DNA from: Gammaproteobacteria bacterium
Lineage (GTDB): Bacteria > Pseudomonadota > Gammaproteobacteria > SZUA-152
NCBI GenBank assembly: GCA_050117455.1
Contig: JASFMT010000001.1
Location: 1 to 35,936, forward strand
Length of the DNA: 35,936 nucleotides
Reading direction: 5' to 3'
Below are positions 7,193-15,032 of this stretch, in pieces. The notes beneath the pieces are model-generated. The model saw nothing but the letters and a program-made list of their open reading frames with translations. It made no database searches and was not told where the DNA came from. Numbering within the stretch: the first letter of the stretch is position 1; the number at the start of each line of letters is the position of its first letter. Both the position numbers and the translations under genes were made by a program.

Positions 7193-9376
7193 ATGTCGCA
7201 TTCATCAACAATTACAAAATGTCTCATTGGTTTAGCACTCATCCTCAGTACAGTCACTGTTGTCGGCGCGCAGGATTCTGTGTCTGCTTTAGATGAGACT
7301 TCCACGGATGTTTCGAGTGAGACGCATGAACAACATACCGAGGTTGTCTTACAGGAACTGATTCAGTTGCTGGACCAGGAAACAGAGCTGGCGACCAAAA
7401 CCAAACTGAATGTCGATTTCGTGCCGGGGATTATGAGTGTACTGCACGGCAAGGACTTGCTTGCGCGTGGCGTGCAAAGTGTCCATGAAGCACTGGGGCT
7501 TATCCCCGGTGTGGAGATTTCACGAACCAACGACGGACAACCTCAAATTCTGGTGCGGGGTATTGGTAAATCTTTTTTCAGTAACAAGGTCAAGTTTCTG
7601 TTAAACAGCACACCGTTTAATGCGACCCTGGGGGCGGCCACGACGCTGTTAATTCTTCCTATCGAACAAGTGGAACGTATCGAGGTTATTCGCGGACCCG
7701 GTTCGGCAATTTATGGTGAATATGCCTCCGTGGGTGTCATCAATATTATTACCCGAAAAAACGAGACGGCATTGTTCGGTCGTGTTACTGACCTGGATAG
7801 AAAAACCTATGGTGGTATGTATTCACAGCGAATCCCGGACAGGGATCTGTCCTTCAATCTTAATGTGGCGCGGGTGCAGGCTGATGGCGGTGATGTAATT
7901 GCAGGTTCGGATATTCTTGCCAATACGCCACTCGAAGGTATTTCAAATGCGCCCGGCCCCATCAATAACTGGCAGAAACATGAGGCCGTCCTGCTGGATA
8001 TGAATTATAAACAATACCTGTTGAGCTGGCAGCGGGTGGAGCAGGGAATCGGTGACTATTTCGGATTGGCCAATGCGTTGCCGGGGAATCACCAGCATGT
8101 CGTGCGGACTATTACCATGGATAGCTTTGAATTATCCAAGAAATGGCGCATCGGCGAGCAGTGGAGTGCCAAGGGTACTGTGGGACTGCTGACTTTTGAC
8201 CTGGACAGTAAACCGCACGAGTTATTTCCCGCCGGGTTTCCTAATCCGGCGCCACCGCCACCCGGCTACCCGGAGGGCGTGTTGGGTGGTCCCAACTACG
8301 AAGATGACAGAATCTATTTAAGTTCCGAGTTTAATTACCAGGGGATGGCAAATCATGACTGGTTGTTAGGTATTGACGTTTCCTGGATTGATCAGGGTGA
8401 AACCTATGTGGAACGTAACTATGATCCGCAAACGCTCGAACCAATCGTTGTGCCGCCCTCAACTTCTCCCACTTTGGTGCGCCTGGAAGGTGACGAAAAC
8501 TGGCTGGAGGAAAACCACGACAGACGAGTTGTCGGTATATACGCGCAGGACCAGTTTTCCCTGACCGATCGATTGAAACTGACCATGGGTCTGCGTTTCG
8601 ATGATTACAGTGATGTCGGTAGTGACGTTACACCACGTATTGCCGGTGTTTATCAACTGAGAGACAAGCAAACATTGAAATTCCAGTATGCCAGATCCTT
8701 CAGGCCGCCGACTTTTCTTGAAATGTACACACAAAACAACCTTGTAGTCCAGGGGAACCCCGACCTGGAATCGGAAACAGTCGATACTATAGAAGCCGGC
8801 TATGTTTATAACGATGGCATTACCGTGTTTCGTTCAACCGTATTTTATTTCAGCGTTCACGACCTGATCGTAATCGATGGAGTAAACAGGCGCTATGTCA
8901 ACCAGGGGGAGATCAGAACCGCCGGCCTGGAACTTGAACTTCAGCATCAGTTAACAAGAAAAATTAAAGTCGACACGACGTTAACATCGCTGGATACGGA
9001 AAACGATCAGACGGATGAAGAAGTACCCGGGGTTGCCCACCTGACTGCAAATATGGCATTGCTTATCCAGCCCTGGCCGGACTACGCTTTTGGTGTTCAG
9101 GTGAAAGTCGTAGGTGACCGCAAGCGGGAGGTGACCGACTCGCGTCCCGATCTCGATGGATATACAACATTTGATATTACCGCCAATATATTTGATCTGG
9201 GGCTGCGAAATCTAAATTTACGGGCCGGTATTAATAACGTATTTGACAATGATATTGTCTATCCCGCGCCTATGAGCTCCTTCCCGCCCAGCGGTCTGTT
9301 GAAGCCCGCATATCAAAATGATTACCCGCAATCCGGCCGGGAAATGTTTCTTCAGGTTGATTACAGGTTTGACTGA
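7193..9376 (+). CDS. TonB-dependent receptor family outer-membrane protein
   Basis: 727 aa. Signal peptide (LIGLALILSTVTVVGA/QD), then a plug domain (VPGIMSVLHGKDLLARGVQSVHEALGLIPGV...IEVIRGPGSAIYGEYASVGVINIITRK), then a long beta-barrel region with alternating aromatic residues and a C-terminal ...FLQVDYRFD. Confidence 0.9.
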   Translation: MSHSSTITKCLIGLALILSTVTVVGAQDSVSALDETSTDVSSETHEQHTEVVLQELIQLLDQETELATKTKLNVDFVPGIMSVLHGKDLLARGVQSVHEALGLIPGVEISRTNDGQPQILVRGIGKSFFSNKVKFLLNSTPFNATLGAATTLLILPIEQVERIEVIRGPGSAIYGEYASVGVINIITRKNETALFGRVTDLDRKTYGGMYSQRIPDRDLSFNLNVARVQADGGDVIAGSDILANTPLEGISNAPGPINNWQKHEAVLLDMNYKQYLLSWQRVEQGIGDYFGLANALPGNHQHVVRTITMDSFELSKKWRIGEQWSAKGTVGLLTFDLDSKPHELFPAGFPNPAPPPPGYPEGVLGGPNYEDDRIYLSSEFNYQGMANHDWLLGIDVSWIDQGETYVERNYDPQTLEPIVVPPSTSPTLVRLEGDENWLEENHDRRVVGIYAQDQFSLTDRLKLTMGLRFDDYSDVGSDVTPRIAGVYQLRDKQTLKFQYARSFRPPTFLEMYTQNNLVVQGNPDLESETVDTIEAGYVYNDGITVFRSTVFYFSVHDLIVIDGVNRRYVNQGEIRTAGLELELQHQLTRKIKVDTTLTSLDTENDQTDEEVPGVAHLTANMALLIQPWPDYAFGVQVKVVGDRKREVTDSRPDLDGYTTFDITANIFDLGLRNLNLRAGINNVFDNDIVYPAPMSSFPPSGLLKPAYQNDYPQSGREMFLQVDYRFD

Positions 9377-9384
9377 CCTGGTTG

Positions 9385-9975
9385 ATGATTATGCCGAGTT
9401 TTAACCAGTTGCCTCTTTGGTATAAAGTAACTTTTTGGGTCGCTGTCATTTTGGTGGCAAATGGATTGCTGTCGGTGTGTTATGGGGACGAGACAACAGA
9501 CAGAAGGGTAAAAATCGCTCTGTCATTGTTTCCAAAGATCGTCGCAGTGGATGAGAAGTTTCATCTCAAGTTAACTCGCAACAACAAGGTGCGTTTGAGC
9601 TTTGTTTATGATCGCAATAAAGACCAGGCCAGCCAGTTGGCGAAAGCAGTAAAAGCCAACAATGCAAATATTGTGAATATTGAAGTGAAAGCAGTTCCGT
9701 TGCAGGTTGAGAAACAATTGCAGTCCCCTGAGAAGCCGACGGCGATCTTTGTTGCTGAGCTGTTAGGCGAAGCTGATTTCAAAGACTTGATAGACTACGG
9801 TATTAATAACGGTATTCTTGTCTTCTCGCCGTATTCCGGCGATGTAGAGCGTGGTGCGACTGTCGGTCTGGCAATAACCAGTCGCGTGTTTCCGTATTTT
9901 AACCGGCAGACACTTGAAGCGTCAGAAATTGAAATTAATCCAATTTTGCTGGATATGTCGAAATACTATGAATAA
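9385..9975 (+). CDS. periplasmic YfiR/HmsC-like (DUF4154 family) protein
   Basis: About 196 aa; the track begins at TTG 9382, with ATG codons at 9385 and 9391. There is an N-terminal signal/anchor ([20 protein letters not shown]). The C-terminal half [49 protein letters not shown] parallels P. aeruginosa YfiR VLSISERG...FCLNVGGPRITFEANLDSIARSGVRVHPSVLKLA. The family assignment is from memory and is less certain than the CDS call. Confidence 0.65.
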   Translation: MIMPSFNQLPLWYKVTFWVAVILVANGLLSVCYGDETTDRRVKIALSLFPKIVAVDEKFHLKLTRNNKVRLSFVYDRNKDQASQLAKAVKANNANIVNIEVKAVPLQVEKQLQSPEKPTAIFVAELLGEADFKDLIDYGINNGILVFSPYSGDVERGATVGLAITSRVFPYFNRQTLEASEIEINPILLDMSKYYE

Positions 9976-12325
9976 GTTTTTTGGGCAGATTACCAATAAA
10001 GTGACGTTATTCCTGCTGGGGATAATGTTGTTTGTGATGGTTGCAATAATAACCCACTGGGTATACATGATGGTGCCGGTCATAAAAGGTGGAGAGCAAA
10101 CCAAGGCAGACCTGCTGGTGACACCCTATACCAGGCTTATTGAACAGTCCATTAACAATAATGATTTGACGCAGGTCGAGGAGATTCTCAATCATCTTAT
10201 GCTGTTAAAAGACGCCAAATTGAAGCGGCCGCTTGTGGTTAATATAAAGGTGGCGCTGGTTAGCGGCGAAGTAATCGAACGGTCGAATACCATCGATCTT
10301 GAATATGCCCCCTTTGTGGCGGATACCCCGATATTTGACTCGGCAACCTCCGGTTTGCTCGGTAAAGTTCATCTAGAGTATAACAGTGAGTTGTATCATC
10401 ATTTGATAGATGATGCCGAAAAAAGATTGCTAGTGGCATTGGTTGCGGTAATAGTGCTTATTCTCGTGGTCCAATGGCGGATATCAACTTTATTGAGGCC
10501 GCTACATACATTGGCGCACTACCTGGAGTCGGTTGATCTTAGCAAGTCTAATAATGCGCCGTTCCCGAAAAAGAAAATGGCACTGGAAATTACCCAGGTC
10601 TGGCAGGCAGTGAACCAGCTGTTTTCCAGGTTGCGATTACGTGACGAACAATTGCGCCTGGAACATGAAGCGGCCCAGAATGCCCTGAAAGAAAAATTGC
10701 AGGCGGAGTCAGCTAATAAAGCAAAGAGCCAGTTTCTGGCCAACATGAGCCATGAATTGCGAACGCCGCTGAACGCCATTATTGGTTATAGTGAAATGCT
10801 TAAAGAAGAAGTCGTGCATATTGATCATCCCCACCTGAATAATGATCTGAATAAAATCTTTGCTGCGGGCAAGAATTTGCTGGCATTAATTAATGATGTG
10901 CTGGATCTGTCCAAGATCGAAGCAGGACGAATGCAGCTGTTCCTGGAAGACGTCAAGGTACACCTGCTGGTGGATGAAGTAGTCGGCATTGTAAAGCCCA
11001 TGGCCACGAAAAACGATGATCAGATTGAGGTGGATTGTCCGGATGGTGTTGGTACTATCAAAGTTGACATTATGAAACTTCGCCAGTCGTTGCTTAATCT
11101 GCTGAGCAACGCTGTCAAATTTACGAAAGGCGGCAAAATAATATTGAGTGTGCGCAGGGAAATGCTGGAAGGCGAAGAATGGATTCGTTTTGTCGTCAAG
11201 GATACCGGCATCGGGCTTTCGGAAAACCAGATGGAAACGTTGTTTAACGCGTTTTCTCAAGCTGATATGTCGACGACAAGACGCTATGGCGGTACCGGGC
11301 TGGGGTTGACGATCAGTCAAAAATTCTGCCGGCTGATGGGAGGCGAGATTTCGGTAGAGAGCGATCTTGGGAAGGGGTCAGTATTTACCATCTCGTTGCC
11401 AACCGCGATTGAAGAGCTTGCTACACCTGACACGGTCGATGAGGCGCCCAGAAAATTTAGCGACTCCAGGCAGAGAGTGCGGGTGAGGCAAGCAAATATC
11501 GGCCAGGTTGAGAAGGATCGTCGCAAGAGGACCAGCACGATCGTCATCATAGATGATGATCCCATGGCCTGTGATTTACAGCAGCGTCATTTGGCCAAAA
11601 ACGGATACGAAGTGGTTTGCACGAGTGATGGCCAGGAAGGTATTAAGAAAATTAATGAGCTCATGCCGGATGTTATCCTGCTGGACGTCATATTAAGCGA
11701 TATGAGCGGCTGGCAGGTTTTAACCTATGTTAAAAGCCAGCCGGAACTGGTGCATATCCCGGTTATTATGTTAACCATGGTGGATGAAAAAAATACGGCT
11801 TATTCACTGGGGGCAGCGGCTTATTTGACCAAGCCCATCGATTGGGAGAAACTTGTTGTCACCATCAACAAGTGCGTGCGTAAAGCAGGGCAGGACGCAA
11901 TTTTGGTGGTGGATGACGATGCAGATGCCCGGAAACTGGCCAGGCTAGTGTTAGAGAATGAGGGTTATACCGTCATCGAAGCAGAAAACGGTTATCTTGG
12001 ATTGATGCGCGTGGCTGAGCGTATTCCATCTGTTATTCTGCTGGATTTGTTGATGCCTAATATGAATGGCCACGAATTTCTCTACGAGCTGGAATTGAAC
12101 GAACGGTGGGCCAATATACCGGTCATCGCATTAACGGCGATGGAACTCGATGAAAATGAAACCCGCTCACTGGAAAATCGGGTCGAAATGATTATTCAGA
12201 AGGGTGCGTACAGTATTGATCAAGTTTTGAGTGCTGTTCGTGATATATTAGGGGAAACCCAGCAAATAGTGCCCGGGGATACTCAACATGTTACTGATGC
12301 GGACGATAAAACATCTGAGAAGTAG
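9968..12325 (+). CDS. hybrid sensor histidine kinase with two C-terminal receiver domains
   Basis: The in-frame ATG at 9968 overlaps the upstream stop (TATGAATAA); the track ORF starts at 9914. It has two TM segments flanking a loop of about 130 aa, and a HAMP-like linker. HisKA motif is [12 protein letters not shown]. HATPase_c motifs are DTGIGL and [13 protein letters not shown]1 is VIIDDD...[12 protein letters not shown]...LTKP and REC2 is LVVDDD...[12 protein letters not shown]. No HPt domain is visible. Confidence 0.92.
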   Translation: MNKFFGQITNKVTLFLLGIMLFVMVAIITHWVYMMVPVIKGGEQTKADLLVTPYTRLIEQSINNNDLTQVEEILNHLMLLKDAKLKRPLVVNIKVALVSGEVIERSNTIDLEYAPFVADTPIFDSATSGLLGKVHLEYNSELYHHLIDDAEKRLLVALVAVIVLILVVQWRISTLLRPLHTLAHYLESVDLSKSNNAPFPKKKMALEITQVWQAVNQLFSRLRLRDEQLRLEHEAAQNALKEKLQAESANKAKSQFLANMSHELRTPLNAIIGYSEMLKEEVVHIDHPHLNNDLNKIFAAGKNLLALINDVLDLSKIEAGRMQLFLEDVKVHLLVDEVVGIVKPMATKNDDQIEVDCPDGVGTIKVDIMKLRQSLLNLLSNAVKFTKGGKIILSVRREMLEGEEWIRFVVKDTGIGLSENQMETLFNAFSQADMSTTRRYGGTGLGLTISQKFCRLMGGEISVESDLGKGSVFTISLPTAIEELATPDTVDEAPRKFSDSRQRVRVRQANIGQVEKDRRKRTSTIVIIDDDPMACDLQQRHLAKNGYEVVCTSDGQEGIKKINELMPDVILLDVILSDMSGWQVLTYVKSQPELVHIPVIMLTMVDEKNTAYSLGAAAYLTKPIDWEKLVVTINKCVRKAGQDAILVVDDDADARKLARLVLENEGYTVIEAENGYLGLMRVAERIPSVILLDLLMPNMNGHEFLYELELNERWANIPVIALTAMELDENETRSLENRVEMIIQKGAYSIDQVLSAVRDILGETQQIVPGDTQHVTDADDKTSEK

Positions 12326-12460
12326 CTTCGAATGTGGCTTTTATAACATTTGCTCACATCAATATCGTAGATCATTGCAATGCCTGGCATTACTCCAGAG
12401 TTGTTCGTCACTTTTTGATGTCTGGTTAGACAGTCGATCAGACAGGATGCATCGAATATT

Positions 12461-13606
12461 ATGAGCGTGGTAGCGAATTCACGGACCTTTGATATGAATT
12501 TTGAGTCATCAGCCTCTGTGTTGGTTGTCGATGACAATGAAATGAACAGGGATATGCTCGTTCGGCGGTTGCAGCCGCTGGGTTATCAGGTCAATGTCGC
12601 CCGGGACGGTGCCGAAGCCATGGATACGTTGATGGCGCAATCCTTTGACCTCGTGTTGCTGGATATCATGATGCCCATCAAGGATGGTTTTGAAACCTTG
12701 CAGGAAATCAAATCGCATAACGATTTACATATGATTCCGGTTATTATGATAACCGCCCTTGATGACACTGCCAGTGCCGCCCGCTGTATCCAGCTTGGCG
12801 CGGAAGATTACCTCACCAAACCCTTCGATCCTGTTTTGTTGAAAGCCCGGGTAAGTAGCTGCCTGGAACGTAAGCGCTTGCACGACCAGGAACGCAGTTA
12901 TCGCAGCCAGATTGAAGAATATAACAATGAACTGGAAGGCCGCGTTCAGCAACAGGTACAGCAAATCACCTCAGCACAGCTGGGCGCGATATTTGCCATG
13001 TCCAAGTTGGCAGAATCCCGCGACCCGGAAACCGGCGAGCATCTGGAGCGCATGCGTGAATACTGCAAGGTTGTGTCAGAACACCTCGGCCGTCTGCCCA
13101 AATATCAAGATGTTATTGATCAGGAGTTCATCAGTAATATCTATGCCGCCAGCCCGTTACACGACATAGGTAAAGTGGGCATTGTGGATACAGTATTGTT
13201 AAAGCCGGGCAAGCTGACGGCCGAAGAGTGGAGAGTGATGAAGTCACATCCCATCATCGGCGCTGAAACATTGCGTGAAGTGGATCGCCAGCATCCCGGT
13301 AATTCATTGATTCGTATGGGCATAGATATTGCAGAAAGTCATCACGAAAAATGGAATGGCTCTGGTTACCCATACGGGTTGAAAGGTACCGAAATTCCGC
13401 TGGTGGCCAGGATCCTGGCGTTGGGTGATGTGTACGATGCGTTAACATCCAAACGTTGTTATAAGGAAGCATTTAGCCACGAGAAAAGCAGAGCGATTTT
13501 GCAGGAAGGAGCCGGAAACCATTTTGATCCCGATGTCGTCGAGGCGTTCCTGGGAATGGAAAATGAGTTTCAGAGAATCCGGGAGTTTTATCAGGACTGC
13601 GAATGA
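12461..13606 (+). CDS. response regulator with HD-GYP output domain (putative c-di-GMP phosphodiesterase, RpfG-like)
   Basis: 381 aa. The receiver is VLVVDDNEMNRDML...LVLLDIMMPIKDG...LTKP, followed by a coiled linker. The HD-GYP domain shows HLERM, HDIGKVGI, HHEKWNGSGYPYGL and GDVYDALTSKRCYK. Confidence 0.92.
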   Translation: MSVVANSRTFDMNFESSASVLVVDDNEMNRDMLVRRLQPLGYQVNVARDGAEAMDTLMAQSFDLVLLDIMMPIKDGFETLQEIKSHNDLHMIPVIMITALDDTASAARCIQLGAEDYLTKPFDPVLLKARVSSCLERKRLHDQERSYRSQIEEYNNELEGRVQQQVQQITSAQLGAIFAMSKLAESRDPETGEHLERMREYCKVVSEHLGRLPKYQDVIDQEFISNIYAASPLHDIGKVGIVDTVLLKPGKLTAEEWRVMKSHPIIGAETLREVDRQHPGNSLIRMGIDIAESHHEKWNGSGYPYGLKGTEIPLVARILALGDVYDALTSKRCYKEAFSHEKSRAILQEGAGNHFDPDVVEAFLGMENEFQRIREFYQDCE

Positions 13607-13666
13607 CCTGTTTTCGCCACATCCAAAGAGTAATACCAAGTCATACGATGCTCACGGAGTGTTAGC

Positions 13667-14032
13667 ATGCCAAAATTGTTGTTAGTAGAAGATAATGAGA
13701 TGAATCGGGACATGTTGTCGCGCCGTTTGCAACGCAAGGGATTCGATGTGGTGTTTGCACTGGATGGCCAGGCGGCTGTTGAGCTGGCTGACTCGGAACG
13801 GCCGGACCTCATCTTGATGGACATGAGTTTACCGGTTATGGACGGTTGGGAAGCAACGCGTCAGATAAAAGCCAAGGATGACATAAAGGATATCCCAATC
13901 ATCGCGTTAACGGCCCATGCGATGTCCGGTGATCGCGAAAAAGCTTTAGAAGCAGGTTGCGAAGAATACGATACCAAGCCGGTTGATTTTCCTCGACTCA
14001 TCGAAAAAATTCGCGTATTGTTAAAAATGTAG
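13667..14032 (+). CDS. single-domain (CheY-like) response regulator
   Basis: 121 aa, receiver domain only: LLLVEDNEMNRDML...LILMDMSLPVMDG...DTKP. Its N-terminal motif is nearly identical to that of the preceding REC-HD-GYP protein. Confidence 0.9.
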   Translation: MPKLLLVEDNEMNRDMLSRRLQRKGFDVVFALDGQAAVELADSERPDLILMDMSLPVMDGWEATRQIKAKDDIKDIPIIALTAHAMSGDREKALEAGCEEYDTKPVDFPRLIEKIRVLLKM

Positions 14033-14045
14033 CGACTAGTACTGT

Positions 14046-14073
14046 AAGTTGTTAGCTTCAAGTTGTTCGCTTC
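14046..14073. repeat. tandem 14-nt direct repeat
   Basis: AAGTTGTTAGCTTC (14046-14059) is immediately followed by AAGTTGTTCGCTTC (14060-14073), a 13/14 match. It lies 14 nt after the receiver-gene stop. Confidence 0.85.
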
Positions 14074-14104
14074 AGTTTAATAACGTTTTGGTGGATTGGC
14101 AGGA

Positions 14105-14129
14105 TAGATAGAATATAGAATATAGAATA
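14105..14129. repeat. tandem heptamer (TAGAATA)x3 with a partial leading copy
   Basis: TAGA followed by TAGAATA TAGAATA TAGAATA at 14109-14129, inside a 296-nt AT-rich spacer upstream of the rsd-like gene. Confidence 0.9.
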
Positions 14130-14328
14130 ACAGTTAAATATCCGGATGGACCGATTAGACGCTGTGACAGCGGTTACTGAATCATCAATAGATAAATCCA
14201 TTCGTTTAATTACCACAAACAATCTTAATAATAATCGTCATGTACCAGTATGTTGTTCCACTTTGTCGTTAGTGCGTAATGGACACGCCTACATCGGAAC
14301 CTTTAACGTGAATGAGAAAGAGGTGGCC

Positions 14329-14793
14329 ATGCAGTCAGAAACCGAAGCGCCAGTTGTTGAACGCCGTGCACAATCCCATCGTGAAATTAGCGCACTCGTC
14401 GAATCAAGAACCGATACCCTGGCATTACTCAGCGAGCTGGCTTCCAAACAGCCTTTCAATCCTGACCACGACACACAAGTGCTGTTGCAGAATTTTTGCG
14501 AGAGCCTGATAGACTATACTGCTTCTGCCCACTTTCAATTGTATCGTTACATTGATGAAAACAAGGAGCGCCGCGTTGCCGTGCGTGAAGCGGCGGAAAA
14601 GGTTTACGATCGTATTTCGGAAACCACCCAGTCATTTCTGGATTTTAATGACAAATATGATTGCGAAGATCATTGCGATAACCTTTCCGAGTTGGCGAGC
14701 GACTTGTCCAAGTTGGCCGAAGAGTTGGCGGATCGAATTGAACTGGAAGATCAGATTATCAGTGTCATCAGCGCTCCTCGCCAGGCCTCATAA
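14329..14793 (+). CDS. rsd: Rsd/AlgQ family anti-sigma-70 factor
   Basis: The internal ATG at 14329 is preceded by GAGAAAGAGGTGG and gives 154 aa, the size of Rsd. FCESLIDYTASAHFQLYRYI matches E. coli Rsd FCQSLVDYLSAGHFSIYERI. The C-terminal ELADRIELEDQII matches EALEARFVLEDKLI. The track ORF (14146-14793) adds 61 implausible AT-rich codons. Confidence 0.85.
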   Translation: MQSETEAPVVERRAQSHREISALVESRTDTLALLSELASKQPFNPDHDTQVLLQNFCESLIDYTASAHFQLYRYIDENKERRVAVREAAEKVYDRISETTQSFLDFNDKYDCEDHCDNLSELASDLSKLAEELADRIELEDQIISVISAPRQAS

Positions 14794-14977
14794 GCTGTAA
14801 CGCAAACCGATTAGCTAACCGTTGTTTTGCCCCGGGCGAGTTAGTATCAAAATCCCGCAAAGAAACTCTCTCCAGTGCCTGCTGCTCCCTGAGTGGGCAA
14901 CTCCCGGGCTCGACTGACAGCCACGATTCACGTAGCATACCATCAGGATTTTCCCAATTTCCATTGCATCTTGCGCC

Positions 14978-15006
14978 TGGCATTCTGCCATTTGCAACAA
15001 GTTGCA
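14978..15006. promoter_or_regulatory. two adjacent perfect palindromes upstream of the Sel1-repeat gene
   Basis: TGGCA-TTC-TGCCA (14978-14990) and TGCAAC-AA-GTTGCA (14993-15006) lie 27-55 nt upstream of the ATG at 15033. No binding protein can be assigned. Confidence 0.3.
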
Positions 15007-15032
15007 CATGTGCCAGGGCAGGATTCCCGGAA

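Noticed and set aside
9914-9967. Upstream extension of the kinase ORF overlapping the YfiR-like gene by 62 nt.
   Set aside because: The ATG at 9968 sits immediately before the first TM segment and forms a classic overlapping stop/start junction. The extension ([18 protein letters not shown]) looks non-coding in that frame.
14146-14328. 61-codon N-terminal extension of the rsd-like ORF as given in the track.
   Set aside because: The extension is AT-rich and Asn/Ile/Thr-rich, and has no counterpart in Rsd/AlgQ proteins. The internal ATG at 14329 has a good purine-rich ribosome-binding site and gives the expected protein size.
7193-14800. Calling the AT-rich signalling block a mobile genomic island.
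   Set aside because: I found no integrase, transposase, flanking tRNA or flanking direct repeats at its borders. The compositional shift alone does not justify a mobile_element call.
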